Shown here piece after piece: positions 49,020 to 59,168 of a stretch of DNA of 64,000 nucleotides. A model generated the notes under the pieces. The model saw only the letters and a program-made list of their open reading frames with translations. It made no database searches and was not told where the DNA came from. How positions within the stretch are numbered: the stretch's first letter is position 1; the number at the start of each line of letters is the position of its first letter. Made by a program: the position numbers and the translations under genes. The stretch comes from Macrostomum lignano (taxonomy: Eukaryota), in contig NIVC01001568.1 of NCBI GenBank assembly GCA_002269645.1, positions 1 through 64,000 on the forward strand. The letters run 5' to 3'.

Positions 49020-50300
49020 CTAGGGTTAGTTAGTGGAAGTCGCCAAATTTGGCGCTTGCCTGTTACTGTTGTTGCCTGGCCTGCCGCGTACGATCGCTCA
49101 GTGTACGCAAGTCTAGTTAGCCGAACTCCTCCCCCGTGCGCTCTCTGGACCTCTCTCCCCTTCTGCTCTCTCGTTCCTCTGCGTCCGAGCCTCTACCCAT
49201 GCGTCATTCTATTTTTAGACTGAGGGTTTCTCGGACCCCGTGTCCCGAGCCGAAGCCTCCCTCACGTGCAGCCTTGTGCGCACAAGCCCAAATTTGGCAT
49301 GCTATTGTCACTAGTGGCTTGAGGCGACTGTCGACGCTTCATACAAGCTACTTTCTCCCCCCATGTTTAATCAATATATGTTGTGCATCATTATCCGCAC
49401 TTTTCGGGCTGCTGTTCCATGGTCAAGCCACGGAATGCCCAAACGCTCCACCCTCCGAGTTCTATATTAATGCATGCAGGCCGTTTGTCTGAATTTTTCC
49501 TCAGAACCGCCTCGTGAGGACTTGTCGAGACCTTTCTCTAAGTCTAGCGCTCTAGCGCCGGCTAACAGCGAAGCAAAGCTCCTGGGCAGGTCTTGGTAGA
49601 GCAAAGCATCGCTAGAAGCAGCCGCAAGCTCCTGAACAGGTCTTGGTAAAGCATTGCTAGTGCTATAGCTCTGGTCTTCCAGCCTACCCTATTGGCAGGA
49701 AATCAGTGTGCTGAAGCTATTCTGCTATTGGCTATTCGCGACACAGGCGCGAATAAGAGTGAGTGAGTGTGCAGTCGCAGCACTCGTGCGCGATTCTAAG
49801 AAATAGCTGTTAGTTTTATATAGGCCTAGAGTCTATTGCTGCCGCAGGCGCATAGACCTATTTCCTCGCCGCCCATCTGCGCGAGACGTAGCTTTTAGGT
49901 TAGTAGGAGTTAGGGTCCTCTGAGAGCTAAACTCAGACACGCTCAAGCGCGGACATTTGTCAGTGCCAGGACTGCGCCGCTCAGGCCAATTGCTATTATT
50001 GAGTCCTGTCATTTGGACATTGAAATATCAGAGACTAGTTGTTCTAGTGTTATTTATTTGCGTGGAACCCAATCAGACCCCTTCATTGCGGATCCTACGG
50101 TTCCCACGCTGGTGGCAGCACTACCCTTAATTTTAGATTTCTTCCCAGTCCCAGCCCCCATAAGTATACTCAGCAAGGTTGCCTCGGCCAATAGCAGTCC
50201 GCCTCACCCTAGCAGCCAGAAACCGCGACACTTCACTGGTGATAGCGGTGGTATTCGAGTAATAACACCTAGCCCAAGCAACCAGAAGCTCAGTTACTAC
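49020..50300. repeat. Probable LTR remnant, partly related to the unclassified repeat family
   Basis: Contains TGGTGGCAGCACTACCC (~50110), a TATATAAA motif (minus, ~49820) and a PBS-like TGGCGACTTCC (minus, ~49030); ends not resolved. Confidence 0.3.
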
Positions 50301-50799
50301 ATTATCATTAAAAGTATTTTTACGAATGACAGCTGCCATATGACAGTTTTGATGAAAGTCGAAGGGTGTCTTCAGTTTTTTCTTTAAAAGCTTTTTTTCT
50401 GTAGTATGCTTGAACTCAGAATTTATTTCTTTTGAGTACGTCTTATCTATTGTACAAGTACCCGCGCTATTGGAATAGCTAATAGCGGCCGCTTTTTGCT
50501 TCTTCCGCTATTCACTTCTGCGCTTCATCGCCCTCCTAGAATCGCCTATTAGAATCGCCCTCCTAGAGTCGCCTCTTAGAATCGCCCTCCTTCTTCGTAC
50601 TGTCACAGTTATAGTAATTGGGAACGTATCCTCACTCCCACAGCCTTGGACGGCTTACTAGAGCAAGAAATCAACAGCACTGGCAACGAAAATGAAAATA
50701 GGAAAAGAGAAACCGGACGACAACAATAACGATACCGATAACGAACCATCCGTTGTCCCTAATACTCTCCAGAGTCGGAGGTAAAATGTCTGTCTATTT

Positions 50800-51702
50800 T
50801 ATTTACATCAAGGCTGAAGTATGGATCTGTAGCTCTTCTTTTAGTGTCTTCTCTAGCTCTCCAGGTAGATATAAAAAGCGTAGAAACTCAGAGTTTGTCA
50901 GTATGCATGGTGATTCAACTCCTGGAAGCTTAGGGTAGTTCGAGGTGTCTGTTCTATGAGATGCCTTGAGTTCGACAGTGTCTTGTTTAATTGCATGGAA
51001 CGGTTTCAATCCAGTCACGCGTGTGACTTCATTGTTCAGTTGCTCTATAACAGTGGGGAGGCGGTCTGTTCACTTGGTATAGTATTGGCCACTTTTTAGT
51101 TTCAGCTCCTAAGCTGTTTGCTTAGTGAAGAGTTTCTTGGCTAGAGTTCGATTGAATCTCTCAACGTACGCTTGGTCCCTGTGCAGGTGCTTTCTGCCAT
51201 AGCGTATTTTCGTATTGTGCTTTTTTTAAGAGACTTCTTACTGCCCCATAGAATTCCTTACCCTGATCAGCCATGAAAATTTCTGGATAGGTTAGATGGG
51301 AGGTTTTGTAAATTTCTTGGAGGGCGCTGACAACAACCTCTTGACTTCTTCGTCTTGAGTGGGCGAGATTCCTTATAGCGGGAGGCAATGTCTATAACTG
51401 TGAGGGCATACTTGTAGCCTGAGTGATTTGGGGAGAAACAGAAGATCTGCTTGGTGCGCCTCATTAGGTTTATAGATGTTAAAGTGAGGTCTTGTAAATT
51501 GAACAGGTGGGAAATAGACTTGAAAGACAGCCTGCTTAGAGAGCCATTTTTCTACTGTATCTTTTGGTTCCTTACTCAGCTCTATGAGCTTACTAACGGC
51601 ATTTTTGCCTACAAAGAATTCTTTGTCACTGTAGTAGATAGATTTAAGTTTTTCTGCCACTTTTAGAAATTTTTTTTCTAAATAAAAATGGCTGATGCTC
51701 AC
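50800..51702 (-). pseudogene. Polinton/Maverick (adintovirus)-type retroviral-like integrase, frameshifted
   Basis: Across frames: KSIYY, KWLSKQAVFQVY, PNEAHQADLLFL, YKYALTVIDIASRYK, MADQGKEF, QAYVERFNRTL, TGLKP, RFLYLPGELE. Confidence 0.85.
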
Positions 51703-51870
51703 GGATTAATTGAAAAGCTTCCTCATCCAAATAAAGGCTGGACAATTCCTGGCTACAAATATTGCGGGCCTTTGAATCCACTTGAAATACAGTAGATAAA
51801 AACAATAATCCAAATCCTGGGCATGAGCCTGTGAACGAGCTAGACTCTGTCTGCATGTGGCACGACGTTA
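51688..51870 (+). pseudogene. Parvovirus-type phospholipase A2 domain (adintovirus PLA2-like), truncated
   Basis: MADAHGLIEKLPHPNKGWTIPGYKYCGPLNPL, then after a frameshift EPVNELDSVCMWHD (calcium-loop-like YCGP and catalytic HD). Confidence 0.8.
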
Positions 51871-52884
51871 CTTCAAGCGGGTGGGGGGAATAGATCGCTC
51901 GGAAGCTAGTTAAAGCTGTTATTTTTGGTAAGACAAAGTTAGGGTTGGGGTTTGGCGGCTGTTTGGGAGAAGGGGCGGGTTTTGTATTGCATGCTCTAAG
52001 TAAAGAACTAGGAAGACTGCTGAAAGAGCTGGGGGTTGAGAGAGCAGAATGATTCTCTCTCCACCATGTTTCTCCTTCATGCTCCTCACCTCTCACCCTA
52101 TGCTCTGTGTACAGACACTGGCTTCTTAAGTATCGAGTAACCTACGTAAAAGATTACGGCAGCTACTATAACTTTGCAGAAATCATTAGGCAACTGCGTA
52201 AAAAATCTCAAGCCGAAACTCAGTAGTTGTCATGAGGGAAGTTCTGGGACAAAAGAGAATAAATCCCCCATAGATCAGCATCTAGTAAAATGTATTGACA
52301 CACAATGCGCTTACATTTAAAATCAGCTATCACAATGCAATATCTACACCTCCTTATCTAAATTGTAAAATTTCTACCGCAGACCCTTTTCTCATTTCGA
52401 TCAACATCTACTAAAACAACCACTCATCTAAGTGGGAAAAGTAGCAGACTACCCCTTTCCCAAAAATCGACATCTACTAAGATCTATTCATACACAATGC
52501 GCTGACATCTAAAATCAACTTTCACAGTGCAACCTACAACTGTCTATCTAAAGGCGATAAAGTAGACAACAAACAAAAAGCCTAATTTCTTTCTTTTCTT
52601 TGCAATTACCATAATCGATTTTAGCTAGCATGATTTAGCAAATTTTTAGCCACGTCTGAACTGAACTGCGCATAACCAAGGCTCAGCAACCACTACCACC
52701 TCAAACCCTACATGTCTGGTTAAAACTCCGCAGTGAAAACACAACTGCCTGGGCACGGTGTGCAGCATTGGCTCTTGTGGGGTGAGCTTATTGGCTAAGA
52801 GCTTAAAAGCGAGCGGAAAAACGGTTTTTAAGTAAAGGCGGAAGCCAGCCAGCCCTCTTCACTCAATTGCTATTAGAAAACGCA

Positions 52885-53523
52885 ATGGCTGAAAGAATTA
52901 CAGTTAGAACCGCTCGACTTAACGCATTTGTGAACGATTTGATTAATTTAATACCTTTAGAGCAGAGAGATGGACTCCAAAATTTGTTTGAAAATTTCAA
53001 ACAGGAGGAAATACAACACGATTTGGCTCGCATGGAAGGACAAACCCAACACGATATTTCCGCCTACGAAGCACGAGTAGCTGCTGTTTTCCAGCGCCTT
53101 CGTGCTTCGTATGGAGTCGAAGTTCAAGCGCCAACAAGGGAGCTATCAGTGATCGAGGAAAGTATGCGCGCGTTGAACTTTTGTCATCTACCCACTGTTC
53201 TACCCACTGCACAGAACATGCTGGTGGAATTATTTTAGCATGAGACTTTTTACGATAAGCGCACATTAATTGTGTCATTTTAAATCGGCTCCATCATTCA
53301 ACGACTCAAACGTACACTAAAGTCGGTTCGGAATATAATTCGACGGCTTAATCTACAAGTATCGAGGCAGACTTTGGACAAGAAGTTAAGAGTGTACGAC
53401 TTATTGACAGAATTTCCGGCCCTACAGCGCTGCGCCGTACCAGTTAGCTTCGTTCTGGAAAATATGAAGCTCATTCGGGACGAGGTGCGCTACCAGGCGG
53501 ATGCGGCGACGTGGAGACAGTGA
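52885..53523 (+). pseudogene. Intronless ORF of unknown function with two in-frame stops (~210 codons)
   Basis: The frame of ORF 52867-53238 continues protein-like through TAG (53236) and TAA (~53280) to TGA at 53521-53523. Confidence 0.4.
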
Positions 53524-54024
53524 CTCGCATTAGCAGTCTTGAGTTATTTTTAGTAACAAGTCATTTCCACTCTCTCTTTTGTATAATCTTATCAACCAAT
53601 GAGAACGCTTAGAATGGCTACCTTTGGGGCCATTTCACATGCCTCATGTTCTATCGTACACTGAGCTACACTGAGGGGGTGAGAAATGAAGTCTCACCGG
53701 GGTGAGACTTCTCTGTACACAGCTAGATTAATATTAGGGACATTGATATCAACGCCGGGCCAATATTTTCTCATGTACTTGCTGTATCCTAGTTTGCATC
53801 GGTATTTACTCTTGTAATTAGGCTCGTGCGCTTTGTAATAAGAACCTGGAGAGACGATTGGAAGCATTTTTAGAGAAAATTTTAATTTTTTGAAAGGGTA
53901 AGGACCCTGTGCTGATGATTTAAAGTCTTAAGGATCTGGTTTCGCGTTGCAAATTGAATATAAGGAGAATGCAGATTTTTTCAGAAAAAATCAGTGGATG
54001 TCAGTGGATTATGTAGGAAACCTG

Positions 54025-54230
54025 TTATGCTCTGATTCTGTCAGGGATAATATGGATGGATTTAGGAGGATTATGTTCTAAGTTTTTGGTGATTTCTTTT
54101 TTCTGATTCAGGGATAATATGGATGGATTTAATGGGATTATGGAGGACGTTTTGTGAGCGAGTGCGACCCCCCTTTTTTCTGATTCTGTCGGGGATAATA
54201 TGGATAGATTTAATGGAATTATAAAGGACA
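54025..54230. repeat. Three imperfect ~70-bp repeats
   Basis: Recurrent CTGATTC(TGT)CAGGGATAATATGGATGGATTTA. Confidence 0.75.
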
Positions 54231-54330
54231 TTAAAAAAATTGGTCCCAGAAGCCCCCTCATGCATTCTACTGTAAAATTATCTGTCGTGATTGTTATGCC
54301 AGGCTTGTCGTTGTCGTCGTCGTATGAATC

Positions 54331-54429
54331 AGTAGTAGTGTGATATAAGGGGCTGCGCCACACTTTTTGCTCGGGCGCAGTGCGCGCCAGCTTGCTGGAT
54401 GACTCAGCCCCTTATATCACACTACTACT
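54331..54429. repeat. 99-bp foldback with 25-bp perfect inverted repeats and AGTAGTAG..CTACTACT ends
   Basis: AGTAGTAGTGTGATATAAGGGGCTG (54331-54355) and its exact reverse complement (54405-54429). Confidence 0.9.
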
Positions 54430-54473
54430 ACCGGGAGGTCATAGTTGCAAGTTGGTGTGATGAGTATATAAAT

Positions 54474-54476
<3 letters not shown>

Positions 54477-54520
<44 letters not shown>
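54477..54520. repeat. (TA)n microsatellite
   Basis: About 21 TA units. Confidence 0.95.
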
Positions 54521-54524
<4 letters not shown>

Positions 54525-55335
54525 ACAATATTGTGTGAGGGTGTTGAGGGTGAGGGCATGTGGGGGGGCATTGGCATGTGGTATATTTCGCAGAACACAG
54601 ATTTTTCAGAATTTTTATACTTTTAAAAAAGGAGGGTTAAAAAATATCTCTATGCGCCATACTCTATTTTTAGTAATACCAGTAATATCACGCAAACAGC
54701 GAGTGACTATGCTATTGTCCGAAAAACCTGTTCTCAACATTTATTTTTAGAACTTCCAAATATGATAAATGTTAACCTGAATGTGACCCAAGTCTCGCCC
54801 TTTTTAATTAAAAAACCCCACCTGTCAAATAAAATTTTTTTTCCGTGAACTCATAAAAAACCGGTTTTGAGCTCAAGTTCGACTCGAGGCCGACAATCGG
54901 TGTATAAATACAAACGCACAATCCGAGCTGAAATCTCAGACTCTGAGCAGCCTCTAAAGATCTTAAAGCTTGCTGGAGCAGCTAAGCGAGGCTACATCTC
55001 TGAGGGAGAAGTTAACCAATTGGTGAGCCTTTGTTTGAGTCTTTGTTATTTGGATTTAATGAGAGCGATTTTATTGCCAGCCATTACTGATCAGTTGATT
55101 TAACTGAGTTCATTGAATTTGAGGCCTCCCCTTTTCCTAAGGGATTAGATAGGATCTACGGACTGATTCCAATACCCTTAAAGGATTATTGAGCGAATGA
55201 TTTTGGATTATCCTAGATTAACCGATAGAAGCACACGACTCCGATTCCGTTAGTTCTAGAAGAAGACGCCCTTTTGGAGGACCTCGTGTTGTTATACAAG
55301 TTGATTTTGTTATTAGGGCGCATCGTTGATATTGA

Positions 55336-55480
55336 TTTCTGCACTCAAGGAATACATTGATTTCGGCACTCGAGGAATACATTGATTTCTGCACTTGAGG
55401 AATACATTAATTTCTGCACACGAGGAATACATTTATTTCGGCACTCGAGAAATACATTGAATTCTGCACTCGAGGAAATA
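55336..55480. repeat. 24-bp tandem repeat, about 6 copies
   Basis: Unit GATTTCTGCACTCGAGGAATACATT with variants. Confidence 0.9.
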
Positions 55481-58044
55481 CTGCAACGTCGATTTAATTG
55501 TTACGCTCTCATTTTCGGCCGATTTTAAACTTCAAGAAGACCACCCCAGGAGGAACAGATCTGCGAAACGAGCTCTACAGACGAGCGCGACAAAGAAGAG
55601 GAATAAAAAAACGAGCTCGGAAAACCTGCCCGACAAAGATGAGGAGCCGGCAACAGTAAGTGATCACTAAATTCTGTTCCCAGGCTTAGGGTCAAGAAGT
55701 GGGAGTTCGAGCGCTTAGACACTAGACATATTTTATTTCGAGCTCGAGGACCGTCAAGAATTCTAATTCGCTCTCATTTTGGTCAACTGACAGATAAAGT
55801 TAAGGACTCTAAGAGACCAGCTATTCAGCTATTCAGCTAACAGCTATTCACCCAAACCGACCACCGCCAACGCTCAGCAAGCTAGCCAGCCCTACAACCA
55901 ACAAGACTCAGTCGACTACAGACCGCAAGAGGATCCGCTGCAGTAAGATTTTTTAGATTTTGTATATACCTAGGTTCTTGTTTCTCAGTGTCTAGAAGTG
56001 GGAGGTTTTTGAGTGACTGATCACCGGCTGACTTTGGCATGAATTATCTGAGAGGATTGGAAAAGATCCACAGGCCTAGCGACCACTAGCTACCAGGCTG
56101 TCCTGTCCTTACATTGCGCTTACATTTGTATTATTAGTTTTAACAGATGCAATGAAACAAAAATATGTGCCAGTTTTGTGCCTAGAATTCCCTTCTAATA
56201 CCATTGGTAATTTTTTGCACACAGTTTGCTTTTATCCGACCCTGCTTTTTATTAAAAGGATCGACACGACAGCACAGTGTTGATTAGTGCCTACCGACTC
56301 TTAAGACAGGAGTCCAGCCGGGATGGAATTAAGGTAACTTTAATATATGATTGTTCAATAGAAGAACATACCTCTAATTATAATTTAAAGTTTGCTTGCT
56401 GTGTCGTGCACTTTTGCAGTGCAAGTGCACCCCTTTGGTTAGGGTGCAGTTTGCAGTAGCCTAGGTTTTTGCAAGTCCCCCCTTCCGAGTGCGTGGCTGG
56501 CTTGCTGGTATGCTGGCTTTGTGTTTTGTTTGCTGCGTTGCTGATTGGCTACAGCCAGCTTTGCCCTTTGTTGTCGTATCTATGGTTGGAGGGCTTGTGG
56601 CCTTCCCCCTCCGCAGGCGGTAGCTATTTAGCGGCTCCCGCCGGGCCTTGGGGCCGTGATGCACTCTTCCTTCTCCCTCGCTCCTTCCCCATTCTTGGGT
56701 TTAGCACAAAAGAGACAGCCCCTTACCCTAGCCCTAGATCAGCTTCGGTCAGACGAGTTTTGTGAACTAAATAAACCATTAGCAAGGCCATCATTTATAC
56801 CGGCTGGGCATCAGCCTCTATCAGATACCAGGTAAGTGCATTGTCCCGTCTTCTATCATTTGGTTGCCTAGGAGAATCAAAAGTCCAAGTGTCCTGATGC
56901 CAACCTAGGTTAGACCTATCAATAGTGTATTGCATCATCTGTATATTAGCCTGTGCATCCTGGTGCCTTGCTTAAGGTGATTGGCACTCCAGTGCCCTGA
57001 TGCGGGTGACAGTCACGTGGGTGCACTCTGATGTCCCAGACACAGGGAAATTGTAAGCAAGCAGTAGTGTCTCAACACAGCAGCAAAATGACTAGTATAA
57101 TGTATTTTTAATGTACCCTATGCCCCCTACAGACCCTGTAGGCAAGGGATGCAGGGATACAACAGCGCTGAATGCACTGGAATGAATTTAGCACATAATT
57201 TATTATATTAGATAGCGTTTGACAGTAAGAACATAATCCAATATATATTCAACTTCTAGGTAAAAATCTTCAACTATGATTAGATGATATTGCCAAAAAC
57301 ACTGGGAATCATTGGTTGATTAGTGTGGTTGATAAAGGCAAGAAAATATTTGTGTGCAATAATGCCCCAAGCGTAAACACTAGTAGTGCAATGTGCGCAT
57401 TACAGAACTTTTTTAAATATAGAACATTGATAGCATTTAATTTCTTGCAGCATATTTAATATTGTCAAGCTGAGTATGCTGCAACAAAATAAGTTTGATT
57501 GTAGCACATTTGCCTATGCTTCTGCCAACCTATTGTGCCACCAAAAGGATATTAATTTTAATTATAAACTTTCTAAATTGTTTTTGGATTTTGTGTTTTT
57601 ATTTATATTTAGATACAATAATTTTTATAAAAATATTATAATATGTGGGTACCACTGCCAGTATAGAACATTTAGAATCTATTTTCACAACAAAAAAATC
57701 TAATCTAAGGTCTATTTCTACTGCATTTTAAATTCATTTCTTTATTTTAAGACATGCACCTTTTTAAATAGCTAATAGTTTTAAAACAACTTTGGAATTT
57801 ACTTTTGTTTTTATATTATAAATAGTGATAAATTGTTATTAATTAATAAAAAACATGCCTCCACCTTTTCATCATTCAGGCATTAGATAATTATTGCTCA
57901 TTCTTGTGATAGATCTACCAAACACCCTTACTTCCCTCTTCAAGCAACATTAGTCAAACTTGACTAGGCAGAAGGTCCACTAAGGCTTGGCAATAACCTC
58001 CTTGTCCTTTATTTGTCCTTTTCCTCAGACCCCCCTGCTTACTA

Positions 58045-58340
58045 CTCACAAAAGGCTTTAACTTTAGTCCTGCCAATGCAAATATAAACCTCTTGAAAAT
58101 ATAGGCAAACACTATTGAATTCAACCTTTGGCTCTAATGGGTGGACTTTTTCCTTTTTAAGGCCCATACTCTATTTCCCTCTGACACCTGGATCACTATG
58201 AAAACATTCTAGATGAGGCTAACTCCCTCCTAAACATTTCTTCCCATCCTTTCAACCTTATTGCCACTAGGTTTTCTGCTCTAAAAACCTACTCAATGAT
58301 CCCTACATAGTGGTTAAGAGTTCTGACAAGGGCCCACATC
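58045..58340 (+). pseudogene. Penelope-like element RT N-terminal remnant
   Basis: KGFNFSPA and KNLLNDPYIVVKSSDKG match the PLE RT motifs KGLNF.P and IVIK.ADKG; heavily decayed and CpG-depleted. Confidence 0.7.
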
Positions 58341-58888
58341 ATTGACATCATTGACCCACAAGTCAAAGACTACACTTTTGAAGCTCTCACACTTCAGTTT
58401 GTTTATAAAAATAATATTTGAAATGCTTAAAGAACAACACAAATTGGCACAAAATGAAACAAAGCTTAAGTCTTCTCTCAAAGAAGTTGTAATGAAGCAA
58501 TGACAGCAGCTGGAGTATTATAAGTGACTAGCTAACACTGAAACCAAACTGGAGAGCAAGAAGAAGAAATGCAACTGCTTGGCTACCTTCCTGCAAAAAT
58601 AGAATATTGCAATGCTTGCTTGTGTTGAGGATACTGCTTTGGGTTAGCTACCTGCAGAGTAACTTTATAAATGGGACAATGGCTCTGCTTAGTATCCAGA
58701 TAAACCAACTATGGACCTAAGGGTTAATTCAAATTTAATTCAAAATTAAAATATATCTAAGCAACTAAGCAAAAGGAGGGCTTAAAAGTCTAGCTTTTAG
58801 GGTAGGCCTAGATACAATTTGCTTTAAATGTTTTTTCCTTAAAATAGGCCTACTAACAATAATGGCTAATAGATAAAAGAACAAGGTC

Positions 58889-59168
58889 AGTAGTATGTAA
58901 AAGTACGCTTCTAGACCCAGAGCCCTTTTCAAACAGACGATTTGAAGGGCTAGAGGGGGGACACGAGGGGGGAACCAAAAAACACCCTTAAACACCATTA
59001 AACACTAACCAACACCCCCAACACCCCCAACACTACACAATACTACTAACACCACCCAATACTACTAACACTTCCAAACAATTCCCTCGCGTCCCCCCAT
59101 TATTAGCCCTTCAAATCATCTGTTTGAAAAGTGACTGATCTAGAAGCGTACTTTTACATACTACTACT
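58889..59168. repeat. ~280-bp foldback with ~65-bp imperfect inverted arms and AGTAGT..ACTACT ends
   Basis: AGTAGTATGTAAAAGTACGCTTCTAGA..TTTTCAAACAGACGATTTGAAGGGCTA against its reverse complement at 59063-59165. Confidence 0.85.

Noticed and set aside
56278-56830. Possible solo LTR starting TGTTG
   Set aside because: No matching CA end with a TSD and no second copy in the window.
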